64,000 bases of DNA from Acidobacteriaceae bacterium (GCA_965276605.1 OZ255619.1:2258119-2322118); one strand, 5' to 3'. Numbered from the stretch's first letter, positions 28,935-38,892 are shown. Numbers and translations are program-made. Notes: generated by a model from the letters alone, not told the origin.

Positions 28935-29528
28935 TCAGTAAATGCGGTACGCGACCCCGACGCTGAAGCCGGTGGGTGTCAGCCCGCTGCTCGGGCGGGG
29001 TTGGGTGAATACAAACCCTGGCGCGCTCGGCATGAACTGGGACTCATACTCGCCGCGTAGCTTGAACCGCGAATTGAGCCGGTATTCAACGCCGCCACCC
29101 GGTACCAGGGCGAAATAGGTGCCATTCCCGATCGAAGTTTTCGTGCCGCTTGCATACGGGTAATTCACAGTGTTGACCCCGAGCAGGACCTTCGCATACG
29201 CAGTGAATCCGTGGTAGCGGTACACATCGAACAGCGGCCCGATCAGAAAGTTTTTCTGCGTCTGGCCGGCTGGCTTGTTGAAGTCGAGCAGCCGTAATTC
29301 GGCCTCTGCGCTAAACAGACGACTGACCTCGTAGTCGCCCCAGAACCCGACTCCCATCAGTCGTCCGCCGATCGGGTTGTAATCGGGGTTGAAGTCGGAA
29401 AACTCGGCTCCCCCCCACAGATGCCGATCGGCGCCCACGGCGGCCTCTGCCACCTGCGCATACACCGGTTTTGTCAAGGAAAGCAGAACGAGGACAGGCA
29501 GGATCGGTAACAACCGGATTGCGCGCAT
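28935..29528 (-). CDS. outer-membrane beta-barrel protein
   Basis: Signal MRAIRLLPILPVLVLLSLTKPVYAQ. Beta-strand periodicity and C-terminal FSVGVAYRIY. Confidence 0.7.
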   Translation of the reverse strand: MRAIRLLPILPVLVLLSLTKPVYAQVAEAAVGADRHLWGGAEFSDFNPDYNPIGGRLMGVGFWGDYEVSRLFSAEAELRLLDFNKPAGQTQKNFLIGPLFDVYRYHGFTAYAKVLLGVNTVNYPYASGTKTSIGNGTYFALVPGGGVEYRLNSRFKLRGEYESQFMPSAPGFVFTQPRPSSGLTPTGFSVGVAYRIY

Positions 29529-29617
29529 GGATGGTCTCCCAAAGCTCCGAACAAACCTATCAGAGTGCAGGTACCCGGCGGCAGATATAGCTGTCCTCTG
29601 CCGCCGCGGGCTGTTTC

Positions 29618-31444
29618 TTACCGTGGTACGTTCTGGACCGAAGGCGCGACTCTCACATTGTCTGTCGCGGGCGCTGGCGCTGTTCCGTTCTGCGCCGGCG
29701 CCGCCGCGGCATCACCGCCTGTAGATCCCGTAGCTCCCGGCGTTGCTGGCGCCCCCTGGCCCGGTGCTGCCGCCGGTACCGGCGTGGTCGCCGCGGCCTG
29801 GTAGTACTGCAGCCGCAGGTACACTGGCGTCACCTCCATTGGCAGCTTATCGCTCGGGTTGGTGATGATCGGGGTCGGCGAGTTCAATGCCAGCACCTTG
29901 TCATCCCAGGCATCGGTGCGCAGGTGGCTGCCCAGCGGCAACGCAGCTAGCTGGTGGATATCGGCCACGTTCAGCTTGGTCTGCCCCTTGCCGATGTTTT
30001 CAAGCCACGGCACACCGCTCGGCTGGATCAGCGCATCGCCCAGCCGCGGGGACAGCAGCGCCGTCAGCTGCTTCTCGCGGCTCTGCACCTCGCTGAAGAA
30101 CAGCCCCACGCTCGCGCTCTTATCCTTGTAGACAGAGTTGTTGAACAGCTCAACCGCCTTCTTCGCAGCCGCCGCATTGTCCACATCGTTGTGGTTCATG
30201 TTGATACGCTCGAAGGCCGACTCATCCGGGAACAGCAGCCGGTCGTTGAAGGCATAGCGCGTATCGATATGGTGGCCCAGCACGATATGCGCCAGCTGGA
30301 ACGAGATCACTGCCGCCAGGTCTTCCTCGTTCGGCAGCGTATCCACCAGCCCCTTGCTCAGCAGGATGGTGTTGCCGACCGCGAGCGACTCGAGCGGCTG
30401 GGTCAGCATGATGCGGCAGTGGATATCGCTCGGCATCTGCAGGTTGTTGCCGATGATGATGTTCTGTGCGACCTGCTCCAGCACCTTGTCGAACGGGCTC
30501 GCCGGCGCCAGCAGGCCGGCCTGCACCAGCCTGTCCAACACGTTGTTCTCAGCTTGAGTCACAAACAGCCGCTGCGCCTGCAGCGGGCTCACATCCTGCG
30601 AGTTCTGGCTCTGGTCCTGCGCATTTTCGATCTGCATCGACGAGTTGTCGGTAATGCTTTGCGGCAGCTTCAGCGAGTAGCCCCAGAAATACGTCTGCGC
30701 TTTGAAGCCCTTGGCGTGCGCGGCCGCGGCCTTGTCTGACTCCTCCGTGTAGATCACCGAAGGCAGCCAGATGCCCTCCTGCAGATTCGAGCGCCAGCTG
30801 TCGAAGTGGTAGTAGTGCGTGTCTTCGTCATTCGGATTGCTGGTGTAGGTGCCGTTGAACCGCACGATGTTGCCGTCGCGGTCCTCCACCCAGATCCGCC
30901 CGAAGAAGCGTCCGCCGCCGGCCTTCTTGCCCGGCTTCACGTCAAAAACCGCCGTGCGCACGTTGCCGACAAACTCATTGCGGACGAATGAGAAGTCGTA
31001 ATGCTGGAAGTCGAAGCCGGCCGGGTCGACAAACATCATGTCCATAAAGCCGGTCGGCGAGTAGCTCAGCTCAAAAGCCTTGCTCAGCCCGGTTATGTAG
31101 CTCAGCGAGCCATGCAGCAGCCCGCGCTTGGTAGCCTTGGCGTCGTACTGCTCATTGGTAAAGGTCTTGCCAAAGTCCACCCGGCCAATGATGTATTGGT
31201 CCGAAACCGGCACCTGGTACTCGATCGGGTCGGGCCGCATGTTCTGGATATAGGTCTGCACCACCGGCGTGTGCTTGGCGATCTGCTTGACCGTGTTCTT
31301 TTCCTGCGCCATCGCCTTGGTGACGAGCTCCTTCTGGTCCGCGGTGAGCGGGGGCAGCTGGAGCTGTTTCTGTTTCTTGGCAAAGGCCGGCACAACGGCA
31401 AGCGTGATGCCCAATGCCAAGAGCCAGAGTTTACGAGCAACCAT
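29618..31444 (-). CDS. secreted hypothetical protein; C-terminal half is M48-peptidase-like with a degenerate metal site
   Basis: Signal peptide ...VVPAFAKK. GNTILLSKGLVDTLPNEEDLAAVISFQLAHIVLGHH resembles the M48 context but lacks HExxH. Pro/Ala/Gly-rich tail. Confidence 0.6.
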   Translation of the reverse strand: MVARKLWLLALGITLAVVPAFAKKQKQLQLPPLTADQKELVTKAMAQEKNTVKQIAKHTPVVQTYIQNMRPDPIEYQVPVSDQYIIGRVDFGKTFTNEQYDAKATKRGLLHGSLSYITGLSKAFELSYSPTGFMDMMFVDPAGFDFQHYDFSFVRNEFVGNVRTAVFDVKPGKKAGGGRFFGRIWVEDRDGNIVRFNGTYTSNPNDEDTHYYHFDSWRSNLQEGIWLPSVIYTEESDKAAAAHAKGFKAQTYFWGYSLKLPQSITDNSSMQIENAQDQSQNSQDVSPLQAQRLFVTQAENNVLDRLVQAGLLAPASPFDKVLEQVAQNIIIGNNLQMPSDIHCRIMLTQPLESLAVGNTILLSKGLVDTLPNEEDLAAVISFQLAHIVLGHHIDTRYAFNDRLLFPDESAFERINMNHNDVDNAAAAKKAVELFNNSVYKDKSASVGLFFSEVQSREKQLTALLSPRLGDALIQPSGVPWLENIGKGQTKLNVADIHQLAALPLGSHLRTDAWDDKVLALNSPTPIITNPSDKLPMEVTPVYLRLQYYQAAATTPVPAAAPGQGAPATPGATGSTGGDAAAAPAQNGTAPAPATDNVRVAPSVQNVPR

Positions 31445-31546
31445 AGAAAATCCTCTTATCGCCGGACGCTGCCGGATGTACTAAACCAACGTTGAAAACC
31501 ACACACCGCCAGCCACGCTGGGGCGAAAATGCGTCCCCAAACTGCC

Positions 31547-32929
31547 TCAAGCCAGCTGGAAGGCGACGTGGATCACGGAAACCTGGTCGACTGCTTTCCC
31601 GTCGCGGGTCGCCGGCTTGAAGCGGATCCGCCCCGCCGCCAGCCGCGCCTGCTCATCCAGGCCATGTCCCAGACCGCTGATCACCCGCAAAACCTCCACC
31701 TGCCCGTCTGCCGTAAACCGGACCTCCAGTGTCACATCCCCCTGCACCCGGGCGTCCCGGGCTTCCGCAGTGTACTGAGGCAGCGGCTTTGAGAGCACCA
31801 CAATCGACGTGGTTGCCGGCTCCTGGGCCCGTGCCGGTGGTCCCCCTGCGGCTTCATGGCTCTGGCCGAACCCCGTAGAGGCAACTGCTCCGTGTCCGCC
31901 AGGCGTGCCCCCGGGTGAAGACCCAGCTCCGAAGCCTGTGGATGCCACAGTACCATGGCCGCCCGGCGCTCCGGCAGGCTGCGTGCCCGAGCCAAAGCCG
32001 GTCGAAGCGACCGCGCCCCGGGCGCTGCCGTTCGGCGAGCCGGAGGGTGCGCCCGAGCCGAAGCCGGTCTGCGAAACAGTTCCCTGGCGCGCCGCGGCAC
32101 CCTGGTTGGCATTCGATGCGGACCCGAATGCACCCAGTGTCGCCAGCTGCGACGGTTTGTTTGCATCGGGATTCGCGTGCACCCCGGTCGGCGCGCCAAA
32201 CCCGGCAGTCTGCGCCTGCGCGACTTTCTGCGCCTGCTGGGCCGGCGCGGTCTGCGACTTGAAAGCGCCCAGGACCGGCTTGGGCGGCGTCACCACCGGG
32301 CGCGGCGCCGGCGCCGGCATCGCCGGGGCTTTGGCCGCCACCTTCATCGGCTCCACCTTGGGCGGCTCGATCACTGGCTTCGGCACCGGCGGCTTCGGCT
32401 CTTCCTTCAGCACCGGAATCGGCGGCAGCTGCACCTTGGGCACCGGCGGAATGTAGGGCTTGGGCGGCGGCGGCGCCAGATAGGTCAGCGTTTCCTGCCG
32501 GTGCACCTTTGCCTCATGCACCTGGTCGATCGTCAGCAGAAGAATCGCCGCCAGGATGGCGAGGTTGACCCCCGCGGCCACGCCAAACGAACCCAGCCTG
32601 CCTTTTTCCTTCGGCAGCAGACCAAAATTCGCGTGGTTCAGCACGTCGCGCTGCGGCACGCTGCTGGCTGCGACCGTCGCTGCCTCAGGCTGTTCGCGTT
32701 GCAAGTCTTCGCCCTGCACTTCTGATCGTTGCGGCATATATCCTGTCCCGGCAGTCGCACCTCTACCGCGTGCTACGCCTTCGTTCCTTGGCTGAGTTGA
32801 CGGCTGAGTTGCCGGCGGCATCGGCTGCGTGGAGCTCAGGCGCCGGGTCGGGCCATCGGCTGCCTCCCCGTTCCGGGAAGCCTTCTTATCCTGGAGCCAG
32901 TCCTGTGTGTCGGTCCCACCCTCACGCAT
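31547..32929 (-). CDS. TonB-family energy transducer
   Basis: TM anchor, Pro-rich spacer PPPPKPYIPPVPKVQLPPIPVLKEEPKPPVPKPVIEPPKVEP, Gly-rich repeats, and a C-terminal TonB domain (VQGDVTLEVRFTADGQVEVLRVISGLGHGLDEQA...). Start uncertain. Confidence 0.8.
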   Translation of the reverse strand: MREGGTDTQDWLQDKKASRNGEAADGPTRRLSSTQPMPPATQPSTQPRNEGVARGRGATAGTGYMPQRSEVQGEDLQREQPEAATVAASSVPQRDVLNHANFGLLPKEKGRLGSFGVAAGVNLAILAAILLLTIDQVHEAKVHRQETLTYLAPPPPKPYIPPVPKVQLPPIPVLKEEPKPPVPKPVIEPPKVEPMKVAAKAPAMPAPAPRPVVTPPKPVLGAFKSQTAPAQQAQKVAQAQTAGFGAPTGVHANPDANKPSQLATLGAFGSASNANQGAAARQGTVSQTGFGSGAPSGSPNGSARGAVASTGFGSGTQPAGAPGGHGTVASTGFGAGSSPGGTPGGHGAVASTGFGQSHEAAGGPPARAQEPATTSIVVLSKPLPQYTAEARDARVQGDVTLEVRFTADGQVEVLRVISGLGHGLDEQARLAAGRIRFKPATRDGKAVDQVSVIHVAFQLA

Positions 32930-33182
32930 CGAGCCTCCTTAGCAGTCCACACCTCAACCTTTCTCTAGCCAGCCTCGGGCCGAAAGGTGTGAACAGGGGT
33001 TTGGCTCCATTCTAACGGGCAAAACCGGGATACCCTGCATAGCAAAAGCATCTTTCGGTTACCATAGGTGGCTTGACGGGGGTTCACAAAGAGGTTCCTG
33101 CCGCTTGAGTTACGCTTCTTAGACGAGGAAAGAAGCGGCTTCGGTTGCTCACAGCCCTGCCCCTGGCCCCGGAGGAGTGGAC

Positions 33183-34172
33183 GTGAAGGTACTGGTAACA
33201 GGAGGAGCCGGCTACGTCGGCGGCACCGTTGCAGAGCAGTTGCTGGCCGGCAGTCAGCAGGTGGTGATCTATGACAATCTCTGCCACGGGCACCGATCCA
33301 TGCTGCCCCAGGGCGCCGCGTTTGTAGAGGGCGAGCTGGCCGACCGGCCGCTCCTCGAGGCGACCCTGCGCCAGGGCGGCTTTGACGGCGTTATGCACTT
33401 TGCCGCGCTCATTGAGGCTGGCGAGAGCATGAAGAAGCCCGAACTCTACTTCCGCAACAACAGCGCCACCACCCTCACCCTGCTTGAAGCCATGCTCGCC
33501 ACCGGGGTCCACCGCCTGGTCTTCTCCTCGACGGCCGCCCTCTACGGCGAGCCCGAGACCACGCCCATCCTCGAAGACGCCCCCCTCAACCCCACCAACG
33601 CCTACGGCGAGTCCAAGCTCCTGGTCGAGCAGATGCTCCGCTGGTTCTACCAGAGCCACGGCTTCTCCTACGCCAGCCTGCGCTACTTCAACGTGGCCGG
33701 CGCGGTCCCGGGCCGCGGCGAGGCCCACGAGCCCGAGTCGCACCTCATCCCTTTGGTGCTCGACGTGGCCCTCGGCCGTCGCGACTCCATCAAGATTTTT
33801 GGCCAGGACTACAGCACGCCCGACGGCACCGCGGTCCGCGACTACGTCCACGTGCAGGACCTGGCGCGCGCCCACCAGATGGCTTTCGCCGCGCTGCTTG
33901 CAGAAACCGAGCCCCGGCGGCTGATCTACAACCTCGGCAACGGCGTCGGTTTCAGCGTCCGCCAGATCATCGAAGCCGTCCGCCGCGTCACCGGCCACCC
34001 CGTCCCGGTCGTCGAAGAACCCCGCCGCCCCGGCGACCCCGCCGTGCTCATCGCCAGCTCCGAAAAGATCGCCCGCGAACTCGGCTGGCGTCCCGAGCAC
34101 ACCAGCATCGACGCCATCGTCGAGAGCGCCTGGCAGTGGCACCAGCAGCGCTACCAGCGCACCGGCTTCTAG
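33183..34172 (+). CDS. galE: UDP-glucose 4-epimerase
   Basis: VLVTGGAGYVGG Rossmann motif and YGESK (YxxxK). GTG 33183 lies 6 nt after GGAGGA; the ORF opens at GTG 33177. Confidence 0.92.
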   Translation: MKVLVTGGAGYVGGTVAEQLLAGSQQVVIYDNLCHGHRSMLPQGAAFVEGELADRPLLEATLRQGGFDGVMHFAALIEAGESMKKPELYFRNNSATTLTLLEAMLATGVHRLVFSSTAALYGEPETTPILEDAPLNPTNAYGESKLLVEQMLRWFYQSHGFSYASLRYFNVAGAVPGRGEAHEPESHLIPLVLDVALGRRDSIKIFGQDYSTPDGTAVRDYVHVQDLARAHQMAFAALLAETEPRRLIYNLGNGVGFSVRQIIEAVRRVTGHPVPVVEEPRRPGDPAVLIASSEKIARELGWRPEHTSIDAIVESAWQWHQQRYQRTGF

Positions 34173-34203
34173 GCCGCCCAGGTCAACCTATCGCCCCGCC
34201 ACT

Positions 34204-34332
34204 CTATTTAGTAAACAAGTTGGCAGCCCGTATCGCCGTGTTGTAAATCCCCCAGGCCGCCGGCAGCGCGACCATGAACCAGGCAAGCGCAATGCTTGCC
34301 GCCGATGTGGTGACCTTTTCCTCGTGACTCAT
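34204..34332 (-). CDS. small single-TM protein downstream of the OFA transporter (possible MFS small subunit)
   Basis: 42 aa MSHEEKVTTSAASIALAWFMVALPAAWGIYNTAIRAANLFTK, starting 36 nt after the MFS stop. Confidence 0.45.
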   Translation of the reverse strand: MSHEEKVTTSAASIALAWFMVALPAAWGIYNTAIRAANLFTK

Positions 34333-34367
34333 CAAGTTCCCCTCAATCCCAGCAACCAGCAGACGCA

Positions 34368-35738
34368 TCAGTGCGCCCCATACCCTGTATCGGCCGCATC
34401 GCCCTCGCGCATCCAGTACCGCTCGGCCACCGGGCGCACCAGCAGGTTGGCCACAAAACCCAGCACCAGCAGCCCCGCCATCACGTGCAGCACCAGCGGA
34501 TACGCTGAGCGCAGCGGCTGGTGGGTCTCTGCGGCATGGTCCAGCAGCCCGTTCACGATCAGCGGCCCCGCAATCCCCGCAAACGACCACGCAGTCAACA
34601 GCCGCCCATGGATCGCGCTCACGTTCACCCCGCCGTACAGGTCCTTCAGATACGCCGGGATGGTCGCAAACCCGCCCCCGTACATGCTGATCAGCACCCC
34701 GGCAGCCAGCACGAATAGCGGCAGGGAAGCGATCGACGGCAGAGCAAAGAACAGCACCGCCCCCAGCACGAAGAAGACAAAATAAGTGCCCTTGCGCCCG
34801 ATAAAGTCCGACAGCGACGCCCACACGAATCGCCCGCCCATGTTGAACAGCGACAGCACCCCGACGAACCCGGCCGCGGCCGCCGCCGACACCCTCCCGC
34901 TGAACAGCGTCTGCAGCATCGGCGAGGCCTGCTCCAGAATGCCGATGCCCGCCGTCACGTTCAGCGCCAGCACCAGCCACAGCAGCACGAACTGCGGGGT
35001 CCGGGTTGCGTTCGCCACCGTCACATTATGGGTCGAGATCAGCGTGGTCGCGGAGGTCGCCTCGCGCGGCGTCCACCCGGCCGGCCGCCATCCCTCGCGC
35101 GGCACCCGGATCATGAACACGCCCAGCAGCATGAACAGGAAATACAGCACGCCCATCGTCAGCCAGGCGCACACAATGGCGTGCGTGCCCGAGCCGCCGT
35201 ACAGCTTCATCAGGTCGGTGCCCAGCGGCGCGCCGATCATCGCACCCCCGCCAAAGCCCATAATCGCCAGCCCCGTCGCCAGCCCCGGCCGGTCCGGGAA
35301 CCACTTGATCAGCGTCGAGACCGGCGAAATGTAACCCAGCCCCAGCCCCACCCCGCCGATCACCCCGTAGCCCAGGTAGATGAGCGGCAGCAGGTGCAGC
35401 GCCACCCCGCCGGCCGCCACCAGAAAGCCCACCCCGAAGCACAACGCGGCAATCGCCATGGCCTTGCGCGGGCCCGCCGTCTCAAGCCAGCGGCCAAACA
35501 ACGCCGCCGAGATACCCAGCACCAGGATCGCCAGCGAGAAGATGTAGCCCACTTCCTTCTGGCTCCAGCCCGGAGTCCCGGCCGCATGCAGCCCCAGCAG
35601 CGGCTTCACGAAGACAGAAAAGGAGTAAACCTGGCCGATCGCCAGGTGAATCGCCAGTGCCGCCGGCGGAACCAGCCAGCGGCTGTAGCCCGGGCCGGCA
35701 ATGGTGCGTTCCCGGTCGAAAAAAGAGGAGCTGCTCAT
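34368..35738 (-). CDS. MFS transporter, oxalate/formate antiporter (OFA) family
   Basis: 456 aa, 12 TM. N-terminal SRWLVPPAALAIHLAIGQVYSFSVF is typical of OFA members. Confidence 0.85.
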   Translation of the reverse strand: MSSSSFFDRERTIAGPGYSRWLVPPAALAIHLAIGQVYSFSVFVKPLLGLHAAGTPGWSQKEVGYIFSLAILVLGISAALFGRWLETAGPRKAMAIAALCFGVGFLVAAGGVALHLLPLIYLGYGVIGGVGLGLGYISPVSTLIKWFPDRPGLATGLAIMGFGGGAMIGAPLGTDLMKLYGGSGTHAIVCAWLTMGVLYFLFMLLGVFMIRVPREGWRPAGWTPREATSATTLISTHNVTVANATRTPQFVLLWLVLALNVTAGIGILEQASPMLQTLFSGRVSAAAAAGFVGVLSLFNMGGRFVWASLSDFIGRKGTYFVFFVLGAVLFFALPSIASLPLFVLAAGVLISMYGGGFATIPAYLKDLYGGVNVSAIHGRLLTAWSFAGIAGPLIVNGLLDHAAETHQPLRSAYPLVLHVMAGLLVLGFVANLLVRPVAERYWMREGDAADTGYGAH

Positions 35739-35909
35739 CAGGTGTCTGCCTTCTTCTCTGGTCTGCGGTGCTGCGATGTGTCAGATGCGTTCTCACCCGC
35801 TGCGATGGAAAAAATCGAGCAGACCACTACACCCTTGTACGGGAATTCACGAACGAGACACAATGTGCCGAGGGTAACCTCTGCCCGAATACGCCACACC
35901 CGTGCTCGG

Positions 35910-36870
35910 TAGGTGTTTATTCCCGGCATTTGATGAATTGGGCCGAGAGTAAGTCTGTCTGGTGTTTGCGTCCAGAGTTTGCATTCGTAGGGCGTGAGGC
36001 GCTTGAGCGTCTTGAGTCTTCGGGCAAACTTGTAAGCTCGGAAGAAGTCAGTCAAGTGCGCTTTGAGTTGTTCATGATGTTGTAGAAGTAGCGCTTGACT
36101 GTAGCGTCTTTGATGGTTCCGTTCATACGCTCGACCTACCCCTTGGTCCAGGGGTGGGTTGGGCTTGGTCAGCCGGTCTTCGATCCCGTGAAGGAAATAC
36201 AGCCTGTCGAAGGGATGGCCACGGAAGCGCGCGGTTGGTCCCTGGCGGTTCTTCAACAGGTCGGCGAACTGGATGCCGTTGTCGATGAGCACGCTGTGGA
36301 TGCGATACGGAATCGCTTCGAGGAGTGTTTCAAGGAAGCCGGCCGTGGCCCGCATATCTGCTTTTTCCACGAATTCGACCACAGCGAACTTCGACGTTCG
36401 GTCGATGGCTACGAACAAGTAGAGCTTGCCCTCGGCGGTCGTCACCTCAGCCAGATCGATGTGAAATAACCCGATCGGATAGCTGTCGAATCTCTTCCGC
36501 CGCGGCGTGTCGCTCTCGACCTCGGGCAGGCGGCTAATCCCGTGCGCTCCCAGACAGCGATGCAGCGAAGAGCGGTTGGGCTGCGTGATGGTCGGCTGCA
36601 AGGCGTAAAGGCAGTCGTCGAGCGGCAACAGCGTGTGCTTGCGAACGCGACGAGGATGGCTTCCTGTTCAACCGAAAGAACCGTTGACTTCGGCACAGTT
36701 GGGCCAGTCCGGCGATCCGCCGTGGACTCACGCTTCTTCCACTTGGCAACCGTCCTGGGGGGTTGATCCCGTGACGCCGAGCTAGCGCCCTCATGCTCTC
36801 TTGACCATGCTGTATCGCTCGACGGATCACCTCTATCGTTGTGGGCGCTCCGGTGTAAAACCTGCTCCAT
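35910..36870 (-). pseudogene. IS481-family DDE transposase, multiple frameshifts and an internal stop
   Basis: The reading frame hops between at least four frames: RALARRHGINP / TVAKWKKRE...EQEAILVAF / LLPLDDCLYALQ...FHIDLAEV...KLYLFVAIDRTSKF...IDNGIQF / HPWTKG*VERMNGTIKDATVKRY / LKAHLTDFFRAYKFARRLKTLKRLTPYE. Confidence 0.85.
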
Positions 36871-36928
36871 AGCCTCCTTCTCACGCTCAGAAAAGTATGC
36901 ACCATCAAATGCCGGGACTAAATACCTA
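35910..36928. mobile_element. IS481-family insertion sequence, decayed
   Basis: 24-bp terminal inverted repeats TAGGTGTTTATTCCCGGCATTTGA (35910-35933) and TCAAATGCCGGGACTAAATACCTA (36905-36928), 22/24 match. They enclose a broken DDE transposase gene. No clear target duplication. Confidence 0.8.
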
Positions 36929-37059
36929 GGCCGTGGACGAGAAAATCCTGAAGATTTTTTGCGGCAACGTGAGCAGAGCGACAGTGTGAAAGGCGATGCT
37001 GACGTAAACTGCCCAAGAGCAATGCGCTCTTACTCCGCTTTTCAGGAGCTTATCTGCAA

Positions 37060-38244
37060 ATGCGTTTCTTTGTACCTGCAACGACCGCCCTGCTACTGGC
37101 CGCCGGCACACTCCCGGTGCTGGCCCAGGCGACTCCGGACACGATTACCTTTACCAACGGTGATCACCTTACCGGCAAGCTGGTGCGCGAAGCTACCGGC
37201 TCGGTCACCTTCCACAGCGACATCGCGGGCGATGTCACGGTGACGTGGGACAAGGTGAAGGAGCTGCACTCGGCGCAGAGCTTTGCCGTACTCGAGAAGG
37301 GAGTCACGCCCAACCGCAAGGCAGGCGAAGCGCAGATTCCTATCGGCACGCTGGCTGTAACGGATGGCACGATCCAGCTGCAGTCCGCGACGACGCGCGC
37401 GGAGATCGCGCCGATCCCGGTGGCGAACGCGGTGTATATCATCGACAAGCCGACGCTCGATAAAGAGCTGCTGGGGCACCCGGGGTTCTTCCAGGCGTGG
37501 AACGGCTCGGCTACCGGCGGCGTGACGATTGTGAGCGCGACGCAGAACCAATACACGGTAAACGCGGCGGTGGCGCTGGAGCGTATTGTGCCGACCGTCA
37601 GCTGGCTGGACCCGCGCAACCGCACCGCGGTTAACTTTAACGAGAGCTACGGCAAGATTACAGAGCCCTCGTACACGCTGCCTGCAACTGCCACAGCACC
37701 GGCTACATTTGTGCCGTCGACCTTTACAAAGAGCAATATCTTCCAAGCCGATGCCGAGCGGGACCAGTATGTTTCGAAACGGCTGTACTACCTGGGGTCG
37801 GTCGCCTTTGACCATAACTACGCGCAGTCGCTGCAGCTGCAGCAGGCGTACGGCGCTGGCTTCGGCTACACGCTGCTGAAGCACCCGAAGGAGCAGCTGG
37901 ACGTGAAGGCGACGGCGGAGTACGAGAAGCAGGAGTTCTTCAACTCGGCCAGTTCCAACCAGAACCTGATCGCGGCGACGTTTGCCGCGAACTATAATCT
38001 CACGCTGGCCAAGGGGATCCAGTTCAACCAGCAGCTGGCGTACATCCCGGCGTTCAACAACACGCGCGCCTACTCGGCTACGGAGAACGACGCACTGACG
38101 TTTCCCGCGTTCAAGAACTTCGGGCTGACGGTGGGCACGCTGGACAGCTACCTGAACGATGCGCCCATTACCCTGCCGCCGACCAAGCGGAACTCGTTCC
38201 AGTTCACGATGGGTGTGACGTACTCGATCAAGTCGAAGTACTGA
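37060..38244 (+). CDS. DUF481-like outer-membrane beta-barrel protein, paralog 1
   Basis: Signal peptide. N-terminal TFTNGDHLTGKLVREATGSVTFHSD module; WNGSATGGVTIVSATQNQ barrel start; C-terminal NSFQFTMGVTYSIKSKY. Confidence 0.6.
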   Translation: MRFFVPATTALLLAAGTLPVLAQATPDTITFTNGDHLTGKLVREATGSVTFHSDIAGDVTVTWDKVKELHSAQSFAVLEKGVTPNRKAGEAQIPIGTLAVTDGTIQLQSATTRAEIAPIPVANAVYIIDKPTLDKELLGHPGFFQAWNGSATGGVTIVSATQNQYTVNAAVALERIVPTVSWLDPRNRTAVNFNESYGKITEPSYTLPATATAPATFVPSTFTKSNIFQADAERDQYVSKRLYYLGSVAFDHNYAQSLQLQQAYGAGFGYTLLKHPKEQLDVKATAEYEKQEFFNSASSNQNLIAATFAANYNLTLAKGIQFNQQLAYIPAFNNTRAYSATENDALTFPAFKNFGLTVGTLDSYLNDAPITLPPTKRNSFQFTMGVTYSIKSKY

Positions 38245-38255
38245 GGCACGTCGAA

Positions 38256-38281
38256 GGGCGCGGTCTGCAAAGGCCGCGCTC
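38256..38281. terminator. hairpin between convergent DUF481 and sortase genes
   Basis: GGGCGCGGTCT-GCAA-AGGCCGCGCTC: 11-bp stem including two wobble pairs and a GCAA loop. No strong T run. Confidence 0.4.
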
Positions 38282-38293
38282 GCTTCTGCTCAA

Positions 38294-38881
38294 CTACTGT
38301 GGCAGACTCTCGGGCGCGAGCGAAACCAGATGCGCATGCACGATGAAGCGCAGGGGCGCGGCGCCGATGTAGTGGAACGGATAGCAGGTGACCAGCACCA
38401 GCTCCGGCGTGTTCGCGGTATCGAGAACGCGAACCGCGTCTGGGTGGACGATCTCAGTGGAATCGACGACGTACCGGTAAAGGGAGGTTCCGCGGGTGAG
38501 CTCGATCGCCATGGAAGGCGCGACCTTCTGCAACGGACGGAGGAAGGTATCACGATGGCCGGCGAGACCCACGGTGCCCAGGCCGCCCGGCAGTGCGGTG
38601 CCGCGTATGTGGCCAAGCCCGCGCAGAAGACTTTCGGTTCCGTCGTCCTCCAGCACGGGGACGGAAAGCCCGAGCGAGCGAATGCGCAAAGTGCCGATTA
38701 CAGCGCCCGAGAGCACCGGGCCGACTGCTTTACGCTCGGACGGGGCAGACCTGGCAAGGCCGCCGGCAGCTTGAGCCTGCTGGTAGGCAAAGCCGCTGTA
38801 CAGCGCGCAAGCCAAGGCGACCAGCCAGCAGACGCGCTCCAGCCAGTGGCTCGGTCTCAGCAATACTGGAACGCGCGGCAT
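38294..38881 (-). CDS. sortase-family transpeptidase
   Basis: ATG 38881. N-terminal TM anchor (WLERVCWLVALACALYSGF). Catalytic-type motifs LAGHRDT (His), LVLVTCYPF (TLxTC-like Cys) and APLRFIVHA (Arg). Confidence 0.75.
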   Translation of the reverse strand: MPRVPVLLRPSHWLERVCWLVALACALYSGFAYQQAQAAGGLARSAPSERKAVGPVLSGAVIGTLRIRSLGLSVPVLEDDGTESLLRGLGHIRGTALPGGLGTVGLAGHRDTFLRPLQKVAPSMAIELTRGTSLYRYVVDSTEIVHPDAVRVLDTANTPELVLVTCYPFHYIGAAPLRFIVHAHLVSLAPESLPQ

Positions 38882-38892
38882 CGCCGGGCCGC

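Noticed and set aside
35739-35909. Leader of the OFA transporter gene, examined for a riboswitch.
   Set aside because: I recognised no conserved riboswitch core by eye. The region is truncated by the IS end at 35910, so any native leader may be incomplete. A covariance-model scan is needed.
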